A stretch of DNA of 62,251 bases from a virus (taxonomy: Duplodnaviria > Caudoviricetes). The notes under the pieces are model-generated. The model saw only the letters and a program-made list of their open reading frames with translations. It had not been told where the DNA came from and made no database searches. Where the stretch lies: positions 1-62,251 of IMG/VR virus record IMGVR_UViG_3300035661_000066. The stretch is one strand, 5' to 3'. The translations under genes and the position numbers were made by a program. Positions 16,990 to 26,731 of the stretch are shown one piece after another; position 1 is the first letter of the stretch, and each line of letters begins with the position of its first letter.

Positions 16990-17793
16990 CTAGTCGTAGA
17001 TCTCCCACCAGCGCCCGAGGTCACCTGGCGCGGAGTCGCGTACCAGCTTCAGGGCGTCCATCAGGTACTGCTCGCTGTGGTACATCAGCATCGGGGTAAT
17101 GCCCTGCACAGGGTCCCCCATCGGGGGCTGCTTCAGCAGTGCCAGGGCCGGCTCGAAGTGCTGCTCGTACAGGTGGCTGCTGGCAGCCGTCAGGTACAGG
17201 ACCCCTGGTATCGCCAGTGGCTCAGCCAGCGGGGACTGGGTCACGTTCAGCCGGCTGCAGATCAGATGGGCCAGCATGCTGAAGTTGAAGACGTCATACG
17301 GCAGCCCCAGCCAGACGTCAGATGAGCGCATGAACACATGCAGGTTCAGCTGGCCGCCCCGTAGGTTGGCGAAGATGGCCACCGTGCATGGCACGTCCTT
17401 GGTGGCTGGCGGGTTCTCGCGCCAGATGGTCAGCCCCGCTTGGCGGGAGTCCGGGTCTGCCAGCAGCTTCGCCACCACGTAGTCCAGCTGGCCGCGGATC
17501 TTGGGGCCGTAGGCCCCAAAGAACGTCTCACCGTTGTCGCTGAACTGGGAGATGTGCTTGTTCCACGGGGCGATCCCTGCCACCGTGTCGTCGCCTGACA
17601 GGATCCAGTAGGCCTCAGCTGCCATGAACTTGTAGCTGAGCTTGCGCGCCGGCACCGTCAGGACCGGCGAGCGCATGCTCACGCAGACCGTGTGCTGGGG
17701 CAGCTCCATGGTTAGTTGACCGCGCGGGCTGACTTGAGTGCCGTAGGTAAACAGCTGCTGGAGGGTCTGCAGCCAAACTTCATTCATTGACAT
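16990..17793 (-). CDS. Thymidylate synthase-family enzyme, predicted dCMP-specific
   Basis: DVPCT catalytic Cys; MRSSD..GLPYDVFNF has Asp at the specificity site; SSHLY. Confidence 0.85.
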   Translation of the reverse strand: MSMNEVWLQTLQQLFTYGTQVSPRGQLTMELPQHTVCVSMRSPVLTVPARKLSYKFMAAEAYWILSGDDTVAGIAPWNKHISQFSDNGETFFGAYGPKIRGQLDYVVAKLLADPDSRQAGLTIWRENPPATKDVPCTVAIFANLRGGQLNLHVFMRSSDVWLGLPYDVFNFSMLAHLICSRLNVTQSPLAEPLAIPGVLYLTAASSHLYEQHFEPALALLKQPPMGDPVQGITPMLMYHSEQYLMDALKLVRDSAPGDLGRWWEIYD

Positions 17794-18742
17794 GGGTAAG
17801 TCCTTTTAAGATGGCGGTCAGCGGGTAGGCCCGGCCGCTGTTAAACCGCTTGGCGTGCTGCGGGTGCGGCACCTTCAGCAGCTGGCGACCGGGCACCAGC
17901 GGCCGTAGTCGCTCGGTAGCCTCGTTCCCCAGCGCGATGACGAAGGTCTCGCCAGCCACGAGCTGGGTAAACAGCTCAGAGCCGATGAACGGGTCGTCGC
18001 TATTTACCCACAGCAGCTGGCGCTCGGTGACGTCGCCCAGCTGGCGGGCCAGCCACTGGCTGCAGCCGCTGTGGCTGAACGAGGCGAAGGGCCACTGGTA
18101 CCAGGGGTCCTGGTCCTTGCGCTCGGCGAAGTCCAGCCCGACGAGCATTAGGCGTGCCTGCAAGTTGCCAGCGGTGCGGTAGGCCAGCGGGTGCCGCGGC
18201 GTGCGGATGCTGTCGACCACCTCCGGGCTGAGCGCACCAAACAGGTCAAAGTCCTGGGTGTAGTCGTACATGTACCGCGGCAGCGCGGTGGTGAGGTCCG
18301 TGTAGTGACCGTAGACCGACAGCAGCTGCGCCTCCGACTCCAAGTACTCCTCCCCACGCCGACCCCGGAAGGTAGCCAGGCAAGCAGCAGCTGGCGGGTG
18401 GCAGTGCACCACCACGGCCCCGCAGCGCAGCGCCAGGCGCTCCAGCATGCGGCGGCTAGCGTCCCCCAGGCGGTCCTGGCCGCCGCGGTAGGCCAGCCCA
18501 TACGGCACCTCGCTTAGCCAGCAGCGGTCGAAGACCACATCCTGGTAGCCCAGCAGCGCGGGCAGCATCGCCTCAACGTACAGCCGCGCCAGCCCCTCGG
18601 TGACCAACGGCAGGGCTGGGAAGTGGACGTAGACGGCGCCGGTCAGCTCGGCAAATCGCCTAGCTGCGGTGGACTTGCCGCTGCCGTCGCAGCCCTCGAA
18701 GATCGTCAGCCGCTTACAGCTGGGTGGTATGCTCAGGGTCAT
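17780..18742 (-). CDS. dNMP kinase fused to a UDG-superfamily-like domain
   Basis: EGCDGSGKST P-loop and FDR motif; C-terminal MLVG..WPF..SG, IALG, PHPQ. Confidence 0.8.
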   Translation of the reverse strand: MTLSIPPSCKRLTIFEGCDGSGKSTAARRFAELTGAVYVHFPALPLVTEGLARLYVEAMLPALLGYQDVVFDRCWLSEVPYGLAYRGGQDRLGDASRRMLERLALRCGAVVVHCHPPAAACLATFRGRRGEEYLESEAQLLSVYGHYTDLTTALPRYMYDYTQDFDLFGALSPEVVDSIRTPRHPLAYRTAGNLQARLMLVGLDFAERKDQDPWYQWPFASFSHSGCSQWLARQLGDVTERQLLWVNSDDPFIGSELFTQLVAGETFVIALGNEATERLRPLVPGRQLLKVPHPQHAKRFNSGRAYPLTAILKGLTHVNE

Positions 18743-19175
18743 CGATGCACCTCCGTTCGTCTACCAGGTTGTCCACCGGATCTAGCCACCTAACCTGCAC
18801 GTAGCCAGCCTCCTCGAGGAGCTTCAAGGTCTTCGGCCCCACCCACCCGGCTGGCTTGATGCAGTCGACCTTGTTGCCGCGCTTGCCCACCCCACGCTCC
18901 TTGGTCATGTTGGCACGCTGCACGTCGTCCCACAGCTCCTTCCAGGGCAGCCCCAGTTGCACCGCGGTACCCTTGGCTACGTAGACCAGGTCAACCAGCG
19001 CATCGGCGATCTCAGCCAGGTCCTGTGTCAAGATGCCGTGCTCCAGCTCAGCCAGCTCCTCACGCAGGAAGTTAAGTCGCTCGAGCAGCTTGCGCTTGGT
19101 CAGGTGCACCGGCTTATCGTGCACCAGCATCCCGAACTTTTGGTGGAACAGCTTTACGTCGTTGAACTCGCTCAT
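18714..19175 (-). CDS. MazG-like (all-alpha) NTP pyrophosphatase
   Basis: EELAEL..DALVDLVYVAKG..VQRANMTK..KPAGW. Confidence 0.85.
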   Translation of the reverse strand: MSEFNDVKLFHQKFGMLVHDKPVHLTKRKLLERLNFLREELAELEHGILTQDLAEIADALVDLVYVAKGTAVQLGLPWKELWDDVQRANMTKERGVGKRGNKVDCIKPAGWVGPKTLKLLEEAGYVQVRWLDPVDNLVDERRCIDDPEHTTQL

Positions 19176-19176
19176 G

Positions 19177-19947
19177 TCACTTCTCCACGACCCACAGGTT
19201 GTTGCGGGCATTGTCGGGGTACAAGCAGCCAAAGATGTTGCTGATGGCATCGTTGTCGAAGTACTGCTCCAGCCCTTGGCGGGTCAGCTTGATGGCCTCC
19301 AGCAGCTTCTTGTTGTCCATGCCGGGCACCTGAGGCTCCACCTTGCCGATGTGCTTGATGTCCATGAACGTGCCGAAGCGGCGGGCTACCTTCAGCCTGC
19401 CCTTCTCGATGTGGGCCTGCAGGGTGGGGACGTCCATCTCGTTAATGTGATTCGCTGCCATGCGCTTGCCATCGTAGACCGGCGTCGAGAGCAGCAGCTT
19501 GCCACCAGGCTTCAAGCACGCGCTGACCGCCTTGATGAAGGCGGGCATGAAGCGGCTGTGGAAGTGCTCGATTACCTCCATGCAGACGATCACGTCATAG
19601 CCCTCGGGATGCAGCTTCAGCAGCTCCTTAAAGCGCTCGATGAAGTTGAACTCCCCGATGAAGGTCAGTCGCTGGCTGCTCGAGGGCTTCAACTTGTTCA
19701 GGTCGACACCCACGTACTTGCCCACGCTAGCGGCCGCGCCACCAGTGAGGATCTTTGACAGCGGCTTGTCCTGCCCGCAGCCGATCTCGAGCACGGTGTC
19801 GGTGGCTTTGATGTAGCGACGGGCGAAGCTCCAGCGGAAGAAGTGCGCCGAGTAGTCCCGGTGCAGGGTGCGGCCGTGGCCAGCCTCGTGCAGCTGGGTG
19901 GTATCGAAGTCGCGCGCGTCGCGCTCTACTACTTTGGTCTTTGCCAT
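19177..19947 (-). CDS. Class I SAM-dependent methyltransferase
   Basis: VLEIGCG, GVDL, YDVIVCMEVIEH, LKPGGKLLLSTP. Confidence 0.88.
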   Translation of the reverse strand: MAKTKVVERDARDFDTTQLHEAGHGRTLHRDYSAHFFRWSFARRYIKATDTVLEIGCGQDKPLSKILTGGAAASVGKYVGVDLNKLKPSSSQRLTFIGEFNFIERFKELLKLHPEGYDVIVCMEVIEHFHSRFMPAFIKAVSACLKPGGKLLLSTPVYDGKRMAANHINEMDVPTLQAHIEKGRLKVARRFGTFMDIKHIGKVEPQVPGMDNKKLLEAIKLTRQGLEQYFDNDAISNIFGCLYPDNARNNLWVVEK

Positions 19948-19979
19948 TTGAATCTCCAGGTTGTGGACGGTTGTGGGTG

Positions 19980-21083
19980 TTACTTGGGCTCGGGCGGGTT
20001 AAGCCCTTGCTTGGTCAGGTAGTTGCGGTACCAGCGAACGTAGCTCCGCTTCTTGTTGCTCAGGTTGAACTTGAGCTGGACGCGCTCAAAGATCTGGTCG
20101 TCGGTCAGCTGCCCCTCCATGATGAGCTTCTGGAACATGCCGGCGGCTGACGAGTCGTTGAACACGCCCGGGTTCTTCAGTGGCCGTACCTCCTTCTTCG
20201 GCTTCTTGGGGCGGTGGATGTGGTCAGACTCGCCCATCAGCTGAGTAGCCTTGGCCGACATTTTGTTGATGGAGGCCCGGTTGACCAGCTTGACCCCAGC
20301 TTCATTGGCGTCGTCGTGGGTGTCCGTATCCTCCCACGGGGTAGACGTGTCCTTGGTGGGCGAGCGTCGCTTGGCTGAGGTCTTGGCTACTGGGGAGGCC
20401 TCGTACTTCTTGCGGTTCTCCACAGCAGCGATAGCCAGCTCCCGCTCGCTGTTAAGCATCTTGCACATCTTGCCCAGCGCGTCCATGGCCTCAGCCGTGG
20501 CTCCCAGGTGCTGGGAGAACTCGACGTAGAGCCGAGCTGCCTTGTCGACCGGGTAGTCAGGCATCGGCTTGTAGCGCTCGTCAAAGACCGCCTCAGAGAT
20601 GACTGCCACCACCAGGCCATCGCTGGCAGACAGCGGGATGTGGTGCACCTGGCCCTTCTCACGGAACAGCTCGATGCAGGTACGGCGCTGGTGGTCAGCG
20701 CAGGGACGGGCTTTCGGGTAGCCCTTGGGTGAGCTCATCTTCGGAACCTCCAGTCTAGTTTTGAGGATGTCTTCCAGCAGCTTAAGCTGCTGGGAGGTTG
20801 ATTTTAAGAGTACCTTGAAGTTGTTGCGCAGCTGCGCCGCCGTCTGGTGGCGCGACTGGTCAAGCCTAGGTAGGAACTGCCGCCAGAAATCGACATGGGC
20901 CAACTCAAGCAGCTGGGCGGTGTAGAGGTTATGCGTCAACACGGTCACAGCGGTCGACGTGACGGCTACCACCAAGGCCTGCTCGCCAGCAATGATGTTA
21001 CCGCCCCCGTAGTTATAGGGGCACCGCTGGAAGCTGACGCCGAGCAGCGCCGAGTCCAGGGCCTTTGGCTTGGTTGAAGCCAT
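19980..21083 (-). CDS. Hypothetical protein with C-terminal 'WYRN' domain
   Basis: 367 aa; possible second start at 20738 after GGAGG. Confidence 0.75.
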   Translation of the reverse strand: MASTKPKALDSALLGVSFQRCPYNYGGGNIIAGEQALVVAVTSTAVTVLTHNLYTAQLLELAHVDFWRQFLPRLDQSRHQTAAQLRNNFKVLLKSTSQQLKLLEDILKTRLEVPKMSSPKGYPKARPCADHQRRTCIELFREKGQVHHIPLSASDGLVVAVISEAVFDERYKPMPDYPVDKAARLYVEFSQHLGATAEAMDALGKMCKMLNSERELAIAAVENRKKYEASPVAKTSAKRRSPTKDTSTPWEDTDTHDDANEAGVKLVNRASINKMSAKATQLMGESDHIHRPKKPKKEVRPLKNPGVFNDSSAAGMFQKLIMEGQLTDDQIFERVQLKFNLSNKKRSYVRWYRNYLTKQGLNPPEPK

Positions 21084-21149
21084 GGTAAATCCTCAGCAGT
21101 TGATCCACGGAAACCGGCCTGGGCCGGCTTGCATTGAGCAACTTGGTCA

Positions 21150-21179
21150 ATTATAGCTTAGGTAGGCCGCTACCGTAAA
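21150..21179 (-). promoter_or_regulatory. Sigma70-like promoter for the nucleotide-metabolism operon
   Basis: TTTACG-N18-TATAAT; leader ends CAACTGCTGAGGA like the other cassettes. Confidence 0.65.
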
Positions 21180-21182
21180 CTA

Positions 21183-22685
21183 CTATTTACGAGCTCGGCG
21201 TCGCTTGGCTAGCTCAAGCAGCCCCTTGAACAGCGCTTGCTGGGTCCGGTCCTTGAAGCGCAACGAGTCCAAGATGGCCTCATCCACCGTGTCCTCCGCC
21301 ACCAGGTGGTGGACGAACACCCGCTTCGACTTGTTGCCCTGGCGCAGCACCCGGCGGATGAACTGGTCATACAGCTCAAAGTCAGGGTTCAGCGCGTACC
21401 AGCACACGTGATGGCCAGCCTGCTGCAGGTTCAGACCGTGGCCCATAGCCGCTGGGTGGCCAGCCAGGATCGGCAGCTCCCCATGGTTCCACGCCGCCTC
21501 CAGCTCCTTCAAGCGCCGAGTGGGGAGGCCACCACCGATGTAGGGTAGGTCCTGACCGAACTGCGCCCGCAGGCGGTCAAGGTCATGCTCGAAGTCGTAC
21601 GCCACCAGCAGGGGTGAGCCCTGGAGCTCGTCTACCAGGTCAGCCAGCGCCTCGGTCTTAGCATCATGCAGGTGCAGCCACTCCCGCCGCTCCTTAGGCA
21701 CCTTGAAGCCAGGGATGCTGGTCAGGTCTGGTGTCAGGTAGATCCCACCATTGGCCACCTGGCGGCACTTGCCGTACAACACCCCCTGCGAGACGGCGGT
21801 GAAGACCTGATCATCCAGCATAGCAAACAGCTCCTCCTCCAGCCCATCGTAGAAGGCGCGGACCTTCGCGGGCAGCTCAACCTTGATGTTGTTGACCACC
21901 AGCTGGGGCATCTCCAGGTAGTCCTCGGCCGCCATGCGCAGGGCCAGGGGCGACAAGCGCTCGTAGATCTGCTCCTCCGCCCCATCCTTGGGGGTCCAGT
22001 TAAAGCCATTCCATGACGGGTTGAAGTACCTCGACCGGTAGTGGGTGATGTACGGACCCAGTGAGCGGCCCTGGTCCAGTACGTAGGCCTGGCCAAACAG
22101 GTCCAGCAGCCCATTGGCCGCCGGGGAGCCGGTCAGGCCATAACGGCGGTCGAACGTGCCGTGGATCTGCTTCATCAGCTTGAAACGCAGGCTGGTCGAG
22201 TTCTTAAAGTTAGACAGCTCATCGATGACCAGCGTGTCGAAGCCCAAGCGCTTCCAGCGGCGCAGGTCTACCGTGACGGCTGTCTTGCCGCTGGGGCCCT
22301 TAGCCTTGGTGGCCTGGGTCAACCACTCAAGCCCAGCTGGGTTGATCACGAAGATGTCAGCGTCGCTGCTCTCCAGCACCTCGTCCTTGTCCTTGCCGTG
22401 CAGCACGGCCACCTTGAGGCCGTGGAAGTCCTTCCACTTCTCGACCTCGCGTGGCCATACGAGGTGGCAGACGCGCAATGGGGCAATCAGCAGCACCTTC
22501 TTAATCAGGCCCTTGCTCTTGAGAATCTTGAGGGCTGCTAGCGTGATGGACGTTTTACCCAGTCCGGGGTCCAGGAAGAGGGCTGCGCAGGCGCGTTCAA
22601 GCATGAACTTGACGGCCTTTTTCTGATAGCCGTGAGGCTTCCAGGCTACAGCTTTCTCGACCCTGCGAGGGGTCTCCTTAACCAT
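21183..22685 (-). CDS. SNF2-family helicase
   Basis: DPGLGKT, VIDELS, LTGSP, GHGLNLQ, RVLRQG; start MVKETP. Confidence 0.92.
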   Translation of the reverse strand: MVKETPRRVEKAVAWKPHGYQKKAVKFMLERACAALFLDPGLGKTSITLAALKILKSKGLIKKVLLIAPLRVCHLVWPREVEKWKDFHGLKVAVLHGKDKDEVLESSDADIFVINPAGLEWLTQATKAKGPSGKTAVTVDLRRWKRLGFDTLVIDELSNFKNSTSLRFKLMKQIHGTFDRRYGLTGSPAANGLLDLFGQAYVLDQGRSLGPYITHYRSRYFNPSWNGFNWTPKDGAEEQIYERLSPLALRMAAEDYLEMPQLVVNNIKVELPAKVRAFYDGLEEELFAMLDDQVFTAVSQGVLYGKCRQVANGGIYLTPDLTSIPGFKVPKERREWLHLHDAKTEALADLVDELQGSPLLVAYDFEHDLDRLRAQFGQDLPYIGGGLPTRRLKELEAAWNHGELPILAGHPAAMGHGLNLQQAGHHVCWYALNPDFELYDQFIRRVLRQGNKSKRVFVHHLVAEDTVDEAILDSLRFKDRTQQALFKGLLELAKRRRARK

Positions 22686-22971
22686 GTGATTGTTCCTTGT
22701 GTGTTTTGATCGCCGCCACGGCACCCGCGACCGTGTCATGCACCTCCACCGCGTAACCCAGCTTCCGCAGCTGCTCGTGGATGTACAGCTGTAGCTTGCG
22801 CGGTTTGGCGCCCGGCGCCTTGAACTCAATCATGAGGGGTCGGCCACCAGGCACCAGGAACAGCCGGTCGGGAAACCCGGCTGCGTCCTTCAACTTGATG
22901 TTAGGCACGCCCAGCTCCATCGACGCGCGTCGGCAGACCTCCCGCTCAATCGTGGCTTCCGGCCCGGCCAT
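22678..22971 (-). CDS. VRR-NUC domain nuclease
   Basis: GFPDRL..IEFKAPGAKPRKLQ. Confidence 0.9.
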   Translation of the reverse strand: MAGPEATIEREVCRRASMELGVPNIKLKDAAGFPDRLFLVPGGRPLMIEFKAPGAKPRKLQLYIHEQLRKLGYAVEVHDTVAGAVAAIKTHKEQSHG

Positions 22972-23509
22972 TCAAAGCTCCGTAGATCAGCAGCGCGTGC
23001 TTGGCCTGGGTGATCGCGTCGTCCAGGGCATTGTGGTACGTGCCCTCCCGCTCGACCTTGAGACCACGTGCCGGAGGCAGCGACTTCAGCGTGCGGAAGC
23101 AGCGGTTGTTCCAGAACTTCCACGGCAGCTCCAAGCCTGCCTTGTGGTAGGCCACCGCCAGGATCGCATTGTCGAAGTCCGACCCATTGCCCCACACGCG
23201 GGCCCCGCCACCGGATTGGGCAATGAACTTGCCAAACTCGGTCAGGGCCTTGGCCAGCTCCAGGGTGCCCTTCTTCTGCAGGGCTTGGTCCACCACAGCC
23301 CTGGCCTCCGGCGCTTGCTGGGCCCACCAGGTCTGGGTGGCCTCGTCGATGGCCAGGCCAGCATCCAGGCACGACTGAGTACGCACCACCTTGTAGAACT
23401 TCTTGCCCAGCTTCCCGGTCTTGGGGTCGAACTGCACCGCCCCAATGCTGAGGATCACGCACCCGGGGCGCTGCCCCAGGGTCTCCAGGTCTACCATAAT
23501 GTCAAGCAT
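22946..23509 (-). CDS. DEDDh 3'-5' exonuclease
   Basis: MVDLETL, WGNGSDFD, HNALDDA. Confidence 0.9.
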   Translation of the reverse strand: MLDIMVDLETLGQRPGCVILSIGAVQFDPKTGKLGKKFYKVVRTQSCLDAGLAIDEATQTWWAQQAPEARAVVDQALQKKGTLELAKALTEFGKFIAQSGGGARVWGNGSDFDNAILAVAYHKAGLELPWKFWNNRCFRTLKSLPPARGLKVEREGTYHNALDDAITQAKHALLIYGALNGRAGSHD

Positions 23510-23519
23510 CTTGTCTTCC

Positions 23520-23789
23520 TTAGTTGGTGCCCAGCAGGCGGGCGCGCTCGTAGGCGAGCAAGGAGGTTTGGGTGCCGATCAGCTTCATGCTGATGGGCTT
23601 CCCGTTCAGCCAGGCCTGCAACCCAGCCATCGTAAGCCGCTGCTCAGCTGCCCAGGCCATGGCATCCGTAGCCTCAACCACCACCCCGTCCGAGGTGGCG
23701 ATGCGGGCGTTGGCGGTGATGTTGCGGCCGCGGTCAGTGCCGTCGTACCAGTAGAGCACGTAGATCATATGCACCTCGCTAGAATTCAC
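23520..23789 (-). CDS. Hypothetical protein
   Basis: Fills the gap in the operon; start uncertain. Confidence 0.55.
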   Translation of the reverse strand: MNSSEVHMIYVLYWYDGTDRGRNITANARIATSDGVVVEATDAMAWAAEQRLTMAGLQAWLNGKPISMKLIGTQTSLLAYERARLLGTN

Positions 23790-24510
23790 ACTGGCCGCCG
23801 CCGTTGGTCTTATTGGCGGCGCGGTAGTGGCACCACCGGCACTTGTTGTTGGGGCGCGGCGCGAATACCTTGTCCTTGAACATCGGCGCTACCCGCTTCT
23901 CCCACAGCTTCTTCAGGCGAGCCACGTCCTTTTGGGTGTAGACCAGCGGCTCGTCCTCGAATGGGTAGATCATGCTGGCATCCAGGTAGACCAGGCGCGG
24001 GCGCACCTCCTTCAACCACGGCTTCAGCAGGAGGGCTGACAGGGCGTAGAGCTCCAGCTGCTCCACGTAGGCCTCATTCATCTCCTCACGGAACTTGCCC
24101 GTCTTCCAGTCGGTTACCACCAGGACGCCGTCCTGCTCCAGGTGGGCGCAGTCCAGCTTGATACGCACCCAGCAATGGGCCCAGTTGTCCCACTGGGTTT
24201 CATCCCAGGTCTTGGTGAAGGCCCAGTTGTCCTCCACGTGCATCGCATTGACCTTGGACTTGTAGAGCTGCTTGAGCTTTTTGAACTCAGTCTCAAAAGT
24301 CTTGAGCTCCTTGGGGATGCGGGCGATCTTCCCCTTGAGATAGTTCTCAGCCAGCTCGTGGATCGCCGCACCGCGGTCCAAGGCCTCGGAACCAGGTTCC
24401 TTGATGCGGTCGATGTGCTTCAGCTTGAACTTGCGCGGGCACTGCTTGTAGTCCTGGTACCGGCTGAACGACCAGCTGGTCAGGGGCTTGATGGGGATGG
24501 TACGCGCCAT
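23779..24510 (-). CDS. Cas4-like PD-(D/E)XK exonuclease
   Basis: WSFSR..CP, KLD..DWKTG, QLELY, CRWC..C (possible Fe-S ligands). Confidence 0.88.
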   Translation of the reverse strand: MARTIPIKPLTSWSFSRYQDYKQCPRKFKLKHIDRIKEPGSEALDRGAAIHELAENYLKGKIARIPKELKTFETEFKKLKQLYKSKVNAMHVEDNWAFTKTWDETQWDNWAHCWVRIKLDCAHLEQDGVLVVTDWKTGKFREEMNEAYVEQLELYALSALLLKPWLKEVRPRLVYLDASMIYPFEDEPLVYTQKDVARLKKLWEKRVAPMFKDKVFAPRPNNKCRWCHYRAANKTNGGGQCEF

Positions 24511-24532
24511 TACGTTCTCCAGGTATTAAAGA

Positions 24533-26461
24533 TCACAGGATGCGACCTTTTTTGTCGTAGTCTTTCAATTCATTCCAGTTGGTGTCGGAGACAGCGCCCT
24601 CACTCAAAATCGGCACATCAAACTCTACCGACTCCATGGCCTTGCGCAGCACCTCCATCTCAGGCTTCATGAACTTCTTGGGGACGCTGGCGGTAATTTG
24701 ATCGTGGACGTTCAGCACGATCTTGGCATCTGGTCGCTTGGTCTTGTGGTAGCGGATAATCGCTTCCTTGGTGCAGTCGGCAGCCGATCCCTGGATCAGG
24801 ATGTTCACGAGCTTGTAGTCGAACTTGCGAAGCCGCCCGTCCACCAGCTTAGGCGGCTCGCAGAAGTACTCGCGGCCACCCCAGGTGCGAATGGGCAAGC
24901 CATTGTCGGCACGGAGCTTCATGTCCTTGTACATGTCCTTAAGGCCCGGGTAAAGCTCCAGAATTGCCTTCTTCAGGTCACCGGCCTCCTGCACGGTCAT
25001 GTTGTTCTTCTCGGCCAGCTTGCCCACGCCCATGCCGTAAATGAGGCCCAGGTTCGTGTTCTTCACCGGCTTCCGATCGTAGAACTTGCCCATCAGCTCC
25101 AGCTCAGCCTTGGCGTAGTCGTGGAAGTCCACCCACGGATTTTCCAGGTACTTGGCCTGCAGTGCCCCACCATCAAAGTGGGCCAGGATGCGCGGCTCCT
25201 GCTGGGAGTAGTCGCGGTCGATGAAGACGTCACCTTTAAACGGGGTAATGTACCCGCGGCACTGTGGCAGTGGTGGCAGCCCGGCCAGCGCCGTCGGCAG
25301 TTTGGGTAGCTTCTTAGCCTCCTTGGGGTCACTGGTCTCGTGGGCGAAGATCGCCTTGAACTCCTTCGGCAGGTTCTGGAAGTTCGGTGTGGATGACAGC
25401 CGGCCCGTGCGGGTACCGCCACCCTCCTGGCTCTTGGTCTGATTCCAGGTGGTGAAGATCAACCCACCTGATAGCTCAGCGATCAGCAACCATGGGCGCA
25501 TGAAGGTGCCCAGGCAGGTCTTGAGCTGGGTGCGGTACTTGAGCACGGCTAGTAGAGACTTGTCCGTCACGCCCAGCAGCAGCGCCTCCTTGTTCGTCTG
25601 ATACTTGCCAGTTGGCGTTAGCGGCATCAGGTCGGGATCTGCCTTGCCAGCCTCGATCATGGCGTGGATCAGCTGCTCGCCCGAGTCCAGGTTCAGGTCA
25701 GCTGGGGCCTTAATGGTCTTAAGCACCCAGGCATCGAGCTTTGCCTGCCAGCTGGTATAGAGCTCCACGTCAGCCCGCAGCCTGGCCAAGTCCACCGGGA
25801 CCCCCTGGCGCTCCATCTCCAGCAGGATCGGCATCAGCTCCCGCTCACGGTCGTAGGCACGGAGCATCCCCCGGTCGCGGGTTCTAGGCCACAGCAGCTT
25901 GAAGATGCCCTCAGTGCGGTCCGTGTCGCCCTCCGCGTAGCGACCTACGAGGTCCGCTGGGGCGTAAGGCAGGTACTTCATGGCGTAATGGGGCGACTGA
26001 CGGGACTTGCTGAGCTTGACCCCGGGCACCGGCTGGTGGGCCAGCAGCCAGTCGACCACCTCGTCCTTCTCCTCCGGTGGCTCACCCAGCAGACGCTCGG
26101 CGGCCGGTTTCAGGCCCAGCTCCGTCTGATGCGGGTCGTCGAGGTAGAGCAGGAAGAGCGTGTCGTGGACCTGGCGCCAGTCGGGCACGGGCAGCCCAAA
26201 CTCGGTTTCGGCCACGTCCAGGTCGAACTTGCCATTCTGAAAGAGCACCCCATCTACGTGCGCGTACGCCTTGACCAAGGCCTCACGGGCCTCCGGCCAG
26301 GTGCAGTTGTTGCCCTCCAGGTGCCCCCAGGAGTAGTAGCGTGACTTCTTGCCAGGCCACTTGATGGAGACCCCAACTGGGACCGGTGGGTACTTTGGTC
26401 TCCCCTCAATGCCGAACGACTCGAAGTCGATTACCACCGGTTTTGGTTGCTTTTCTGCCAT
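24533..26461 (-). CDS. polA: Family A DNA polymerase with 3'-5' exonuclease
   Basis: IDFES exonuclease, TGRLSS, DYSQQEPR (motif A), RKPVKNTNLGLIYG (B), VHDQ (C). Confidence 0.95.
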   Translation of the reverse strand: MAEKQPKPVVIDFESFGIEGRPKYPPVPVGVSIKWPGKKSRYYSWGHLEGNNCTWPEAREALVKAYAHVDGVLFQNGKFDLDVAETEFGLPVPDWRQVHDTLFLLYLDDPHQTELGLKPAAERLLGEPPEEKDEVVDWLLAHQPVPGVKLSKSRQSPHYAMKYLPYAPADLVGRYAEGDTDRTEGIFKLLWPRTRDRGMLRAYDRERELMPILLEMERQGVPVDLARLRADVELYTSWQAKLDAWVLKTIKAPADLNLDSGEQLIHAMIEAGKADPDLMPLTPTGKYQTNKEALLLGVTDKSLLAVLKYRTQLKTCLGTFMRPWLLIAELSGGLIFTTWNQTKSQEGGGTRTGRLSSTPNFQNLPKEFKAIFAHETSDPKEAKKLPKLPTALAGLPPLPQCRGYITPFKGDVFIDRDYSQQEPRILAHFDGGALQAKYLENPWVDFHDYAKAELELMGKFYDRKPVKNTNLGLIYGMGVGKLAEKNNMTVQEAGDLKKAILELYPGLKDMYKDMKLRADNGLPIRTWGGREYFCEPPKLVDGRLRKFDYKLVNILIQGSAADCTKEAIIRYHKTKRPDAKIVLNVHDQITASVPKKFMKPEMEVLRKAMESVEFDVPILSEGAVSDTNWNELKDYDKKGRIL

Positions 26462-26472
26462 GTCACCACCCC

Positions 26473-26694
26473 TCAGCTAGAGGCGAGTTGAGCGCGCTCG
26501 CGATGATAGCGCAGATAGCTGATCCGGCTGTGAATCCGGGTCAGGAAGGTTTTACGGGCGCGTCCAGCCCGCTCCTCCTCCATGAGCTTAGCCAGCACGT
26601 CCTCGTCCTGACAAGCCATGATGAAGGTGTTGAGGCCAGACCAGGTCTTTAGAACCGGGTTCTTAACCGCCACTTTTACCTTACTCATTCTCAT
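26473..26694 (-). CDS. Hypothetical protein
   Basis: 73 aa, RBS GGAG, within operon. Confidence 0.65.
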   Translation of the reverse strand: MRMSKVKVAVKNPVLKTWSGLNTFIMACQDEDVLAKLMEEERAGRARKTFLTRIHSRISYLRYHRERAQLASS

Positions 26695-26731
26695 CTCCAG
26701 TTAGTAGGCCGGGTTGCCCCGGCCTTGGTTG

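Noticed and set aside
23779-24510. Cas4-like gene as evidence of a CRISPR system
   Set aside because: No repeat-spacer array or other cas genes; stand-alone Cas4-like nucleases are common in phage replication modules
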